Assembly: GCA_030626065.1 (NCBI GenBank)
Contig: DAOUPR010000001.1
Location: 1-62,161 of the forward strand
Direction: 5' to 3'
DNA from: Clostridium sp.
Lineage (GTDB): Bacteria > Bacillota > Clostridia > Clostridiales > Clostridiaceae
DNA length: 62,161 bases
Shown here piece by piece: positions 20,549 to 30,857 of the stretch. How positions within the stretch are numbered: position 1 is the stretch's first letter; every line of letters begins with the position of its first letter. Made by a program: the position numbers and the translations under genes. Under the pieces are notes generated by a model. The model was not told the DNA's origin and ran no database searches. It was given only the letters and a program-made list of their open reading frames with translations.

Positions 20549-21308
20549 TGAAAATACCGTTAATGAAAATATAGTTTTTGATGACTTTTCATTAACAGTT
20601 GAAAAAGGCGATTTTATCACTATTATAGGAAGTAACGGGGCTGGAAAATCTACTTTATTAAACTTAATTTCAGGAACACTTAAATTAGATAATGGGTCAA
20701 TTCTTCTAAATAGTAAAGAAATTAATAAACTTCCTGAGTATGAATGTACTAAAGCAATAGGTCGTGTATTTCAAAACCCTTCATTAGGGACTGCTCCTTC
20801 TATGACAATCTTAGAAAATATGTCAATGGCATATAATAAAGGTAAAAAATTTGGCTTAAGCTTCGGAATAGCAAAGTCTAAAATACCTTACTTTAAAGAA
20901 CTTCTTTCAAGTGTTGGTTTAGGATTAGAAGAAAAACTATATACAAAGGTTGGTTTACTATCAGGGGGACAGAGGCAAGCATTAGCCTTAATTATGATAG
21001 TAATGTCAAAACCGGAAGTTTTACTTCTCGACGAGCACACAGCAGCTTTAGATCCTAAAACTTCTGAAAGAATAAATGAACTAACAAATTCTATTGTAAC
21101 AAAAGAAAAAATCACTTCATTAATGGTTACTCATAATTTAAATCATGCCATACAAATGGGTAACAGATTAATTATGCTACATCAAGGTAAATGCATATTA
21201 GATATCTGTGGTGAAGAAAAGAAAAATTTAACAATAGAAAAATTACTAGAAAAATTTGAACACATTAAAGATAATGACTTAATAAGTGATAGAGCTTTAT
21301 TTTCATAA
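20514..21308 (+). CDS. ABC transporter ATP-binding protein
   Basis: GSNGAGKS, LSGGQRQ, LLDEHTAALDP; likely TTG start at 20514. Confidence 0.9.
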   Translation: MLQIQNLHKVFNENTVNENIVFDDFSLTVEKGDFITIIGSNGAGKSTLLNLISGTLKLDNGSILLNSKEINKLPEYECTKAIGRVFQNPSLGTAPSMTILENMSMAYNKGKKFGLSFGIAKSKIPYFKELLSSVGLGLEEKLYTKVGLLSGGQRQALALIMIVMSKPEVLLLDEHTAALDPKTSERINELTNSIVTKEKITSLMVTHNLNHAIQMGNRLIMLHQGKCILDICGEEKKNLTIEKLLEKFEHIKDNDLISDRALFS

Positions 21309-21334
21309 GATTTACAAGGGGACTTTTTTATATA

Positions 21335-21463
21335 ATTTGCAATGTTCAATTAAAAAGACGATTCTCAACTTTAGTCGAGAATCGTCTTTCATTTGTTTAT
21401 TTATTTATTAATTAATAGATTTACGACACAAGGAGTAAATCCTCCTCAATTGTGCATTGTGTA
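21335..21463. repeat. Composite palindromic repeat, copy 5 (degenerate, between convergent genes)
   Basis: GACGATTCTCAACTTTAGTCGAGAATCGTC-spacer-AGATTTACGACACAAGGAGTAAATCCTCCT-AATTGTGCATTGTG. Confidence 0.75.
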
Positions 21464-21470
21464 TTTTATT

Positions 21471-23348
21471 TTAAATCGCTTCTTGGTTTTCAAACTGGCT
21501 ATTATAAAGATTTGCATAGAATCCATTTTGAGCAAGTAACTCTTTGTGGTTTCCTTTTTCTACAATATCTCCTTCATTCATAACTAATATCATATCCGCA
21601 TCTCTAATTGTTGAAAGACGATGAGCTATAATAAAGCTAGTTCTGTTTTCCATTAAATTATTCATAGCCTCTTGAATCTGCACTTCTGTTCTTGTATCTA
21701 CTGAACTTGTAGCTTCATCTAAAATAAGTAATTTAGGATTAGCTAGAATAGCTCTTGCAATTGTAATCAACTGTTTTTGTCCTTGCGATACATTTGATGC
21801 TTCTTCATTAAGAATCATATCATACCCACCAGGTAACATGTGTACAAAACTATCAACATGGGCAGCTTTTGCAGCTTCAATAACTTCTTCATCTGTTGCA
21901 TCTAAACGACCATATCTTATATTTTCCATAATAGAACCATTATATAGCCAAGTATCTTGAAGTACCATTCCAAATTGATCTCTTAAATCTTTTCTTGTAA
22001 AATCTCTTATATCCACTCCATCTACTAAAATTGCCCCTGTATTTATATCATAAAAACGTAGCAAAAGCTTAACCATTGTTGTTTTACCTGCTCCTGTTGG
22101 TCCTACAATAGCAACCTTTTGCCCAGGATTTACTTTTGCCGAAAAATCATTAATTATAGTAATATCTTCTTTATATCCAAAATGTACGTTTTGAAATTCA
22201 ACATGTCCTTTGACATCCACTTTAACAGGATTAGTTGTTTCGGCAATTTCATTTTCTTCATCTAAGAATTCAAAAACACGCTCTGCTGCTGCTGCAGTTT
22301 GTTGAAGAACATTTGAAACATTAGCTAATTGTGTTATTGGTTGAGTGAAATTCCTAACATATTGTATAAATGCTTGAATATCTCCGACTTCAATGGTTCT
22401 CTTTGCAGCAAGAGCTCCACCAAGCACACATACCGCTACGTAACCAATGTTTCCAATAATAGTCATAACAGGCATCATCATTCCTGATAAAAATTGGGAT
22501 TTCCAAGCTGTTCCATATAATTGGTCGTTAAGTACTTCAAACTCTTCTAAACTCTTTTTCTCACCATTGAATGCTTTTACAATTATATGTCCACCAAATA
22601 TTTCTTCGATATGACCATTTACATTTCCCAAATAATCTTGTTGTTGTTTAAAATACTTTTGAGAACGCTTCACAATAAGTATAACAACCACCATAGAAAT
22701 TGGAATAATGGCAAGAGCTACTAATGTCATTAACCCACTAATACTAAGCATCATTATCAAAACACCAACTACTGTAACAGCAGATGTAATTAGCTGTGAT
22801 AAACTTTGATTAAGTGTTTGACTGACAGTATCCACGTCATTAGTTACACGAGATAACACTTCCCCATTATTAGTAGTATCATAATAATTTAATGGCATAT
22901 GGTTAATTTTTTGAGATATATCTTTTCTCATTTTATAGGTAACTTTCATTGCTACCCCCGACATTATAAAACCCTGGATATATGAAAATAATGCGCTTAA
23001 TCCATATAAAGCAACCAAAGTAAGCATTATTCCTCCTATATAAGAGAAATCAACACCATCTGAAGTTCCAGCAACTTTACCCATAACTCCTTCAAAAATT
23101 TTAGTTGTTGCTTTTCCTAGCAATTTTGGCCCATAGATTCCAAAAGCCGCACTAGCAATTGCAAATATGAAAACTACTATAAAAGAGATACGATATTCTT
23201 TTAAATATGATATGAGTCTTTTCATAGTACCTTTGAAATTACGAGCCTTAGCTCCACCCATCATACCAGGTCCCATACCGCCTGGTCCACGTCCCATCCC
23301 TCTAGAACGTTTTGCTCTATTATTTATAGATTTATCTTGTTCGCTCAT
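21471..23348 (-). CDS. Heterodimeric ABC exporter, subunit 2 (TMD+NBD)
   Basis: GPTGAGKT, VSQGQKQL, LDEATSSVD. Confidence 0.92.
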   Translation of the reverse strand: MSEQDKSINNRAKRSRGMGRGPGGMGPGMMGGAKARNFKGTMKRLISYLKEYRISFIVVFIFAIASAAFGIYGPKLLGKATTKIFEGVMGKVAGTSDGVDFSYIGGIMLTLVALYGLSALFSYIQGFIMSGVAMKVTYKMRKDISQKINHMPLNYYDTTNNGEVLSRVTNDVDTVSQTLNQSLSQLITSAVTVVGVLIMMLSISGLMTLVALAIIPISMVVVILIVKRSQKYFKQQQDYLGNVNGHIEEIFGGHIIVKAFNGEKKSLEEFEVLNDQLYGTAWKSQFLSGMMMPVMTIIGNIGYVAVCVLGGALAAKRTIEVGDIQAFIQYVRNFTQPITQLANVSNVLQQTAAAAERVFEFLDEENEIAETTNPVKVDVKGHVEFQNVHFGYKEDITIINDFSAKVNPGQKVAIVGPTGAGKTTMVKLLLRFYDINTGAILVDGVDIRDFTRKDLRDQFGMVLQDTWLYNGSIMENIRYGRLDATDEEVIEAAKAAHVDSFVHMLPGGYDMILNEEASNVSQGQKQLITIARAILANPKLLILDEATSSVDTRTEVQIQEAMNNLMENRTSFIIAHRLSTIRDADMILVMNEGDIVEKGNHKELLAQNGFYANLYNSQFENQEAI

Positions 23349-25570
23349 GCTAATTCCTCCTTAGACAATTGTGAAAGGGCAATTTCTTTATAAGTTTCAC
23401 AAGTAGTCATCAATTCTTCATGTGTACCTATACCAACCATTTCACCATCTTCAAGTACAATTATCTGCTCTGCATTTTTTATTGTTGATATTCTTTGAGC
23501 CACAATTAAAACAAGACTATCTCCTGTTTTTTCTCTTAAAGCTCTTCTTAAAGCTGCATCTGTTTTGAAATCTAATGCAGAAAAACTATCATCAAATATA
23601 AATATTTTAGGTTTCTTAACTAAGGCTCTTGCTATAGACAATCTTTGCTTTTGTCCACCAGAAACATTAGCTCCCCCTTGAGAAATTTCTCTTCTAAATC
23701 CTTCTTCTTTTTCATTTATAAACTCCATTGCTTGAGCTATTTCAGAAGCTTCTTTCATACTCTCTTCATCTGCATTTTCATCTGCATACTTTAAATTTGA
23801 CTCAACAGTTCCACTAAATAATGATGCCTTTTGAGGAATATAACCAATTACATCTCTAACATCATGCTGAGTTACTTCTCGAACATCTACTCCATCAATA
23901 AGAACTTGACCCTCTGTTACATCATAAAAACGAGGAATCAAATTTATAAGTGTCGTCTTTCCTGAACCAGTCGCTCCTATTATAGCTGTAGTTTTACCAG
24001 CTTCAGCTTTAAAACTTATATTTTTAATCATATCTTCTTCAGCACCTGGATATTTAAATGACACATTCTTAAATTCTAAATTGCCTTTTAACTCTTTAGA
24101 AAACTGTTTTGGCTCTTTAGGATCAACAATAGTAGGTTCAACCTCAAGTACTTCTGCGATACGCTCTGCTGATACAGAAGCTCTTGGTATTAAAATAAAC
24201 ATCATTGAAAGCATTAAGAACGCAAATATTATTTGAATAGCATACTGCATAAATGCCATCATATCTCCGACCTGCATAGCAGAGTCAGCAATTTGATGTG
24301 CTCCAACCCATACAATCAGTACAGTTACACCATTCATAATTAGCATCATTGCAGGCATTAAAAATACCATAACCCTGCTTACAAATAAATTTGTATTAGT
24401 AAGGTCTTTATTGGCTTTGTCAAAACGTTCTTCTTCAAATTTTTGTGTATTAAATGCACGAATAACCATCATTCCAGAAAGGTTTTCTCTTGTAACCATA
24501 TTTAAACGGTCAACCAACTTTTGTATTGCTTTAAATTTAGGTAATGCAATTGAAAATACTATAGCTATAATTCCAACTAAAAGTATAACAGCAAGCACTA
24601 TAATCCAAGACATAGATGTACTTTTATCTAATGCCTTTATAACACCCCCTACTCCCATGATAGGTGCATAAAAGACCATACGAATCATCATTACCATTAA
24701 TGTTTGTATTTGAGTAATATCATTTGTACTCCTTGTAATTAAAGAAGCAGTTGAAAATTTATCGAATTCTACATTAGAAAAATTCTCTACTTTAGTAAAT
24801 ATACTTTTCCTTAAATTCCTTCCTAATCCCGCAGCAATTCTAGATGCAATAAATCCAACTGTAATAGATGCAACTGCTCCAAGTAAAGAAACTAAAAGCA
24901 TAATTCCACCCATTTTTAAAATATAATTACTTTGAAGTTTATCTGTATCTAATCCTAATTCTTCATAGTTAGCCTTTACTATTGTTGCTCCTGCTGTAGT
25001 AAGCATAGCTTCATCCATTGCTTCTATTTGTGAGGTGAATGAAGATAGCATCTGTTCTCTCTGCTCATCTGGCATTTGTGAAATCATAGAAAACAAATCT
25101 GTTCCTTCTGGTAGAGTCATTCCATTAACTTCAATTTCTTTACCCTCAGAACCAGTCATCATTTCTTCAATACCAGCAACAGACATTAATGCTTTAGATA
25201 AAACAGGTTCTAATTCACTTATCTCCTCATCATTTAAATCTTTTAAAACATATACATTTTCTCCATCAATATTAGGATAATCTTCTAAATAATTATTATA
25301 TTCATCATCTGAAGCATCCATTAGTTCATAACTACTAAGTACTTTCTCTTTGTTTTCTGTGTTTAAAAATAAAGTAAGCTTATCCATATCTTTTTCTAGA
25401 ATTATTTCTTGTGCTACATTATCTACCCCACCTTGCTGAATCCCTATATTAATAATATTAGACATATAATCTGGCAAAGCTAAATCTGTCATAGCTTGCA
25501 CAAATAAAAGGGAAACTGCAATTAGGAGAGATATTGTAAATGGTTTTAAAAATTTTATAAGTTTACGCAT
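23345..25570 (-). CDS. Heterodimeric ABC exporter, subunit 1 (TMD with large extracellular loop + NBD)
   Basis: GATGSGKT, VSGGQKQRL, degenerate FDDSFSALD. Confidence 0.92.
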   Translation of the reverse strand: MRKLIKFLKPFTISLLIAVSLLFVQAMTDLALPDYMSNIINIGIQQGGVDNVAQEIILEKDMDKLTLFLNTENKEKVLSSYELMDASDDEYNNYLEDYPNIDGENVYVLKDLNDEEISELEPVLSKALMSVAGIEEMMTGSEGKEIEVNGMTLPEGTDLFSMISQMPDEQREQMLSSFTSQIEAMDEAMLTTAGATIVKANYEELGLDTDKLQSNYILKMGGIMLLVSLLGAVASITVGFIASRIAAGLGRNLRKSIFTKVENFSNVEFDKFSTASLITRSTNDITQIQTLMVMMIRMVFYAPIMGVGGVIKALDKSTSMSWIIVLAVILLVGIIAIVFSIALPKFKAIQKLVDRLNMVTRENLSGMMVIRAFNTQKFEEERFDKANKDLTNTNLFVSRVMVFLMPAMMLIMNGVTVLIVWVGAHQIADSAMQVGDMMAFMQYAIQIIFAFLMLSMMFILIPRASVSAERIAEVLEVEPTIVDPKEPKQFSKELKGNLEFKNVSFKYPGAEEDMIKNISFKAEAGKTTAIIGATGSGKTTLINLIPRFYDVTEGQVLIDGVDVREVTQHDVRDVIGYIPQKASLFSGTVESNLKYADENADEESMKEASEIAQAMEFINEKEEGFRREISQGGANVSGGQKQRLSIARALVKKPKIFIFDDSFSALDFKTDAALRRALREKTGDSLVLIVAQRISTIKNAEQIIVLEDGEMVGIGTHEELMTTCETYKEIALSQLSKEELA

Positions 25571-25577
25571 ATTTTAC

Positions 25578-26036
25578 CTACTCCTTGTTATTTTTTTCTT
25601 CTTTAAATCGATTTATTAATTCATCTAAGGTTTTTAGTCCATTCATTACTTCATTCATTTCTTCTGGTGTAGCATAATTAATAACTTTTGATACATAGCT
25701 TTCTAAAACTGTAAAATGACATTTCCATTCTTCTTTAAATTGTTCTGTTAAATCAACTATAACAACACGTCGGTCTTCTTTAGACCTTTTTCTTTCTACA
25801 AAACCATTCTTTTCTAGTCTATCGATAATTCCTGAAATTGTGCTATTAGATAAGCACATTTTCTGACTGAGGTCACTGATTTTCATTGCACCATGATGAC
25901 CTAAAATACCAACTAGCATACCTTGGGTGCCAGTTAAATTCTCATCTTTAAATTGTTCTTCAAAATTCTGTCTTATTGAATTTTTTACGTTTTTTAGAAT
26001 TCTTAAAATTTCATAAGTAGTATCTATTTCATTCAA
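25578..26036 (-). CDS. MarR-family repressor
   Basis: STISGIIDRLEKNGFVER..EDRR winged-helix motif. Confidence 0.9.
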   Translation of the reverse strand: MNEIDTTYEILRILKNVKNSIRQNFEEQFKDENLTGTQGMLVGILGHHGAMKISDLSQKMCLSNSTISGIIDRLEKNGFVERKRSKEDRRVVIVDLTEQFKEEWKCHFTVLESYVSKVINYATPEEMNEVMNGLKTLDELINRFKEEKNNKE

Positions 26037-26070
26037 CTATTATTCACCTCCTAATCTCACTCCAAAAGTG

Positions 26071-26162
26071 TATTTCGCATTCAATTATTTCGCATTCAAT
26101 TATTTCGCATATAATTATTTCGTATCCGAAGTAATTATATACTAACTATTTCCTTTTGTAAA
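26071..26162 (-). promoter_or_regulatory. marR promoter with palindromic operator and three extra 15-bp half-site repeats
   Basis: TTTACA-N17-TATAAT (26134-26162); palindrome ATAATTATTTCG-TATC-CGAAGTAATTAT; TATTTCGCATTCAAT-like unit x4. Confidence 0.7.
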
Positions 26163-26278
26163 TAGTTAGTATATAAATTCGGTACTGACGGTAAAGGTAT
26201 TATGGATTTTGAAATTATAAAAAATAATTTTATTCCTAATTAATTAAGTAAATTTAATATTTATCATAAGGTTTCCAC

Positions 26279-26313
26279 AAAAAATAGAAGCGAAATTAAT
26301 CGCTTCTATTTTT
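26279..26313 (-). terminator. Intrinsic terminator after the Crp/Fnr gene
   Basis: AAAAATAGAAGCGA...TCGCTTCTATTTTT. Confidence 0.75.
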
Positions 26314-26330
26314 ACGTTTAGCGTAATTAT

Positions 26331-26366
26331 TGCTTGGCACTTTTTAATACTTTAGTGCCTGGCACC
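26331..26366. repeat. REP-like GTGCCWGGCAC doublet, copy 1
   Basis: TGCTTGGCAC-N14-GTGCCTGGCACC. Confidence 0.6.
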
Positions 26367-26383
26367 GGTTGGGTTTTTATTTA

Positions 26384-27061
26384 TTATTCGACTGCATCAG
26401 CAATAGATTGCAAATCTTTTATGGTAATGTTTGCTTTGTCAAAAGTAATTATACCCTCATCTCTCATATTACCCATTTCTCTGGATAATGATGGTCTTGA
26501 AACATTAAGAAATTCTGCAAGTGCATTTCTGCTTAGAGGAATTTTAAAACTAAGATTATTATTTTTCTTATATTGTTCTAATAAATAATTACTTATTTTT
26601 TCTCTCAAAGTTTTCATAGCAAGATATTCAACTTTTTTATTCAATGAAAGTGCCTTATCTGATAATATTTTCAACATATTTACAATTAAATCTCTATGAC
26701 TACTACAAGCTCTTGGACATTGGGTTACTATTTTTTCAGGAGGTATAAACATAATCTTGCAATCCTTTTTTACATATACACTAGAAGGCCAATTTTTTTT
26801 CTTCGAAAAAGCTGCTACTTCTCCAAACATACTTCCTTCATTTAGAACTGCCATAATCATTCTATCTCCATTAATATTTTCCTTTAGAATAGCTACTTGC
26901 CCCTGTAAAATCACTCCTACTCCAGTAAGCTCATCACCAGCCATAACTATAAATTCATCTTTTTTATAATTAACTATCCTTGGATTTATACAAGCAATCA
27001 TACCTTTGAGTTCCATATCTTCTATCCCATTAAACAAAGGGATTTTATTTAAATCTTCCAT
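26384..27061 (-). CDS. Crp/Fnr-family transcriptional regulator (HcpR-like)
   Basis: MFGE cNMP-fold motif; LSRNALAEFLNVSRPSLSRE HTH. Confidence 0.88.
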   Translation of the reverse strand: MEDLNKIPLFNGIEDMELKGMIACINPRIVNYKKDEFIVMAGDELTGVGVILQGQVAILKENINGDRMIMAVLNEGSMFGEVAAFSKKKNWPSSVYVKKDCKIMFIPPEKIVTQCPRACSSHRDLIVNMLKILSDKALSLNKKVEYLAMKTLREKISNYLLEQYKKNNNLSFKIPLSRNALAEFLNVSRPSLSREMGNMRDEGIITFDKANITIKDLQSIADAVE

Positions 27062-27203
27062 ACTATTCCTCCGCCACTATCTAAAATATTTATCTTAATT
27101 ATATCATCTATAGAATTAATATAACACTTTATATTGTAATTTAATATTGCATTCTGTATATACCTACTCTAAACTATACTTATATTTCAGAGGAGGTATT
27201 AAT

Positions 27204-27908
27204 ATGAGTTCACAATGTACAAGATGCAGTAATAATTTATGTGCTAAAAAAGTACCTATTTTCAAAACATTAGATGATAAACAAATAGTAGATATTATAA
27301 AAATGACAGGCCATAAAGAATTCAAAAAAGGTGAAATTTTATGTAATGAAGGCGAAATAACATCTTCTCTTTTTATTATAAATGAAGGAAAAGTGAAATT
27401 ATCAAAAATAAATAAAGAAGGAAAAGAACAAATTTTAAGAATTTTGTCTAATGGTTCTTTTTTCGGGGAATACTATCTTTTAAGCGATTATGAAGCTTAT
27501 AATTTTTCTGCTTATGCCATTACTGATGTAAAAATATGCACTCTTGCAAAAAAAGATTTAGATATTATTATAAAAAATAATCCTGAAATTGCAATAAGAA
27601 TATTAGGTGAGGTTTCTAAACGACTTACAAATACAGAAAATCTAGTACAAAGTCTTTCAACTAATGATACTGAAAGTAGAATTGCTTATGTGCTTCTTGA
27701 TTTAGCTGATAAATATGGTATTACTATTGAACAAGGTATAGAAATAACTATGCCTATTACAAGAGAAGAAATGTCAAAATATGCTGGTGTAACAAGAGAA
27801 ACAATCAGTAGAAAACTACATAAGTTTGCTGATGAAAATCTAATAACCCTTGAAGGAAATAAAATTATTATAATTAATAATTTTGAAACTTTAAAAGAAT
27901 ATATATAA
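27204..27908 (+). CDS. Crp/Fnr-family regulator with N-terminal Cys cluster
   Basis: RBS AGGAGG, ATG 27204: MSSQCTRCSNNLC; GVTRETISRKL HTH. Confidence 0.9.
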   Translation: MSSQCTRCSNNLCAKKVPIFKTLDDKQIVDIIKMTGHKEFKKGEILCNEGEITSSLFIINEGKVKLSKINKEGKEQILRILSNGSFFGEYYLLSDYEAYNFSAYAITDVKICTLAKKDLDIIIKNNPEIAIRILGEVSKRLTNTENLVQSLSTNDTESRIAYVLLDLADKYGITIEQGIEITMPITREEMSKYAGVTRETISRKLHKFADENLITLEGNKIIIINNFETLKEYI

Positions 27909-27924
27909 TTTGATTTCAATCACA
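27909..27924 (+). promoter_or_regulatory. Crp/Fnr box upstream of the flavodiiron gene
   Basis: TTTGA-TTTCAA-TCACA, centred about 41 bp upstream of a start inferred from TATACT at 27946-27951. Confidence 0.65.
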
Positions 27925-28008
27925 TTTCTTTTCTATAAAATATCCTATACTTAACTTAATTAATAGTTGCCGACTAATAAAACATTTAAATTATAGGAGG
28001 AAAGAATA

Positions 28009-29235
28009 ATGAAAGATATTAAATTAAACGAAAAGACTTATTGGGTAGGTAAAAATGATAATAGAGATGTTCCCTTCCACAGGTTAATATTAACTAAAGG
28101 AACAACTTACAACAGCTATCTATTAGATACACAACTTCCAACAATCATCGATACTGTTGATATGCAATTTGGAAAAGAATATGTTGAAAATCTTGAAAAA
28201 TTAATTTCATTAGATAAAATAAAATATATAGTAATAAATCACACTGAACCTGATCATTCAGGAGGTTTAATGTTACTTTCTAAAAAAGCGACTAATGCAA
28301 CTATTGTTTGTAGTGAACATGCTGTTTATGAACTGAAAGAAATGTACAGACTTCATAATAGAGAATTCCTGGTTGTAAAAACTGGAGATAAATTAGATAT
28401 TGGCGGTAAAACTTTAAGCTTCATCGAAACTCCATATCTCCATACAGAAGAAACAATGGTAACCTATTGCGACAAAGATAAAATTCTATACAGTTGCGAC
28501 ATATTCAGTACACATATTGCCAATGAGGAATTATTTAATGATTTAGCAAAAGAAGATATTACAGAAGACTTTAAAGTTTATTACTCATTAATAATGAACC
28601 CGCACAGATTATATGTTCACGATATGCTTTCAAAAATAAAAGACCTTGACATTAAAATAATTGCTCCTTCTCACGGATATGTACTTCGTGACGATGCTAA
28701 AAAATACATTTCTCTGTATGAAGAAATGAGCAGAAATACAGATACTGATAAAAAAGCACTTATCTTGTATAGTTCAATGACTGGCAATACTAAAAAAATA
28801 GCTGATAAAATCAGTGAAATTTATTCTGAGAATAATATTAATATTTCAGCTATAAATGTAAATAAAACTTCTTTAGAAGAAATACAAGAAAAAATTATAG
28901 AATCAGATATAATTTTCTTTGGTACTTCCACAAGATATGCAGATATGATTGGAAATTTAGAAGTTGTCTTAAAAGAGCTAGCTTCTATGGATTTACAAGA
29001 TAAAATTGGTGTTGCTTTTGGTTCATATGGTTGGAGTGGAGAACCAATTGAAATAACACAAGATTATCTTAAAGCCTCAACATTAGAAACTTTAGAGACA
29101 TCACACGTGATTAAAACAACAGGAATGACAGATGTATACTTCCCTATTAGACTTAGATTTTCTCTAAACGAAGAAAATAAAAAAATACTTACAAGAGCCA
29201 TAAATTACACTATAGAAAGAGTACTATCAAATTAA
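28009..29235 (+). CDS. fprA: Flavodiiron protein (FprA family, O2/NO reductase)
   Basis: GTTYNSYL, NHTEPDHSG, APSHG; flavodoxin domain YSSMTGNT, FGSYGWSG. Confidence 0.88.
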   Translation: MKDIKLNEKTYWVGKNDNRDVPFHRLILTKGTTYNSYLLDTQLPTIIDTVDMQFGKEYVENLEKLISLDKIKYIVINHTEPDHSGGLMLLSKKATNATIVCSEHAVYELKEMYRLHNREFLVVKTGDKLDIGGKTLSFIETPYLHTEETMVTYCDKDKILYSCDIFSTHIANEELFNDLAKEDITEDFKVYYSLIMNPHRLYVHDMLSKIKDLDIKIIAPSHGYVLRDDAKKYISLYEEMSRNTDTDKKALILYSSMTGNTKKIADKISEIYSENNINISAINVNKTSLEEIQEKIIESDIIFFGTSTRYADMIGNLEVVLKELASMDLQDKIGVAFGSYGWSGEPIEITQDYLKASTLETLETSHVIKTTGMTDVYFPIRLRFSLNEENKKILTRAINYTIERVLSN

Positions 29236-29411
29236 GTAAATACAAATATACTATAAATTTCATCATTTATAAGAAACTCACCTCTGCTATCATTACAGTG
29301 TGCGTTTCTTTTCATTTTTAAAAATATCTAAGTCCATACCTATGACTATGTAGCCTCTTGTTAATCCAATATTTATACTATATAATTGATAGATGAAAGC
29401 GAGGTACAAAA

Positions 29412-30443
29412 ATGAACTCAATTACAATTGAAGAGGCCTACAAGCGAAATGATGTAGTATTCATTGATGTTAGAACAAAAAAAGAATATGACGAAGATTG
29501 CATTAATGGCGCTATTAATATACCTATTTTTGATGATGAAGAACGAAGCAAAATAGGATACATATATAAGCAAGTCAGTAAAGAGGAAGCTATGACACTA
29601 GGCTTAGAGATTGCTTCTAAAAAATTACCAGATTTTTATGCTAAATTAAAAGAATTTCAAAAACAAAGAAAGAAAATTGTAATCTATTGCTGGCGTGGTG
29701 GAATGAGAAGTACATCTGTAGCTACTGTTATGGCTCTAATGAAATTACAAGTATTTCGATTAGAAGGCGGATACAAAAGCTATAGAAGCTATATAAGAGA
29801 ACAATTTAATAAACTAGAAGGTAAATTAAATTTTATTGTTCTTCAAGGTGGCACCGGAGTAGGAAAAACTGATATTTTACAATCTTTAGAGGAAAAAGGT
29901 TATCCAGTTATTGATTTAGAAGCTTATGCTAATCATAGGGGTTCAACCTATGGGGCAATAGGCCTAGGAGAACAAACCTCACAAAAACAATTTGAAGGTA
30001 TTCTTTATCATAAATTAATGGAATATAAAGATTCCTATATGTTTATTGAAGCAGAAAGTTCAAAAGTGGGACGGAGAGATGTTCCAAAGCCCGTCTATGA
30101 TGCATTATTAAATGGAACATATATACAAATAACTTGTGCTATGGAACTTCGAGCCAAAAGATTAGAAAACACTTACGTTTCTATCGATAACAATGTTTCA
30201 GATTTAATTGAAGCTACCACTAAAATTAAACGTTATCTCTCTTCCAACGATTACGACGCAATAATTTCACACATTAAAGCAAAGGAATTCAAAGAAACTG
30301 CTGTCATTCTTTTAGAAAACTACTATGATAATTTATACAATAAATGGTCAAAAACAGATCATCTAATTTGCACTATCAATGCAGATAATGTTGACTCAGC
30401 AGTAACTGAATTAATTGAAGTATATAATAAAATCAACAAATAA
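29412..30443 (+). CDS. selU: tRNA 2-selenouridine synthase
   Basis: Rhodanese YCWRGGMRS, LEGGYKSYR, GGTGVGKT, ANHRGS. Confidence 0.93.
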   Translation: MNSITIEEAYKRNDVVFIDVRTKKEYDEDCINGAINIPIFDDEERSKIGYIYKQVSKEEAMTLGLEIASKKLPDFYAKLKEFQKQRKKIVIYCWRGGMRSTSVATVMALMKLQVFRLEGGYKSYRSYIREQFNKLEGKLNFIVLQGGTGVGKTDILQSLEEKGYPVIDLEAYANHRGSTYGAIGLGEQTSQKQFEGILYHKLMEYKDSYMFIEAESSKVGRRDVPKPVYDALLNGTYIQITCAMELRAKRLENTYVSIDNNVSDLIEATTKIKRYLSSNDYDAIISHIKAKEFKETAVILLENYYDNLYNKWSKTDHLICTINADNVDSAVTELIEVYNKINK

Positions 30444-30461
30444 ATTACCCATATTGAAACT

Positions 30462-30674
30462 TTATTTTTTATACTTATATACAAACTCTGCAAAAGCTTC
30501 AAAAGTGAATTCCTTCTGATTAGAAATGTCCTCATTCACCATTTTAAAAAAACATGAAGGAATCTCTTTTTCCCTTAGATTCTTTTCTATACAAAGAGTA
30601 CACCCCTCTTTATGATTAGTAGGATGATAAGGGCATTGCAAATCTCCACAAGTACAAAATTTTATATTTTTCAT
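30462..30674 (-). CDS. Small Cys/His-rich protein (DUF6485-like)
   Basis: CTCxDxxCPYHP...CxxCIEKNL...EIPSCFF; RBS AAGGAG. Confidence 0.7.
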   Translation of the reverse strand: MKNIKFCTCGDLQCPYHPTNHKEGCTLCIEKNLREKEIPSCFFKMVNEDISNQKEFTFEAFAEFVYKYKK

Positions 30675-30857
30675 AATAAATTCTCCTTTTATTTTTTCAT
30701 CTCTTTCATTAACATCTATTTCAGATACAAATTCTCTTGCTATTTAATTTTATCTACTGATAAATCTATTTCATCACCATAATCTTGATAAATATCAATA
30801 CAATGACCATATAGCTAAAAGTCCTACCAGAATTAAAGAACAATTTATTTAAAATTT

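Noticed and set aside
26071-26130. 15-bp repeats or heptamer arrays as a CRISPR array
   Set aside because: Repeats are contiguous with no unique spacers, and there are no cas genes
30675-30857. Possible decayed coding remnant between the DUF6485-like gene and tag
   Set aside because: Purine-biased, stop-interrupted frames but no recognisable family
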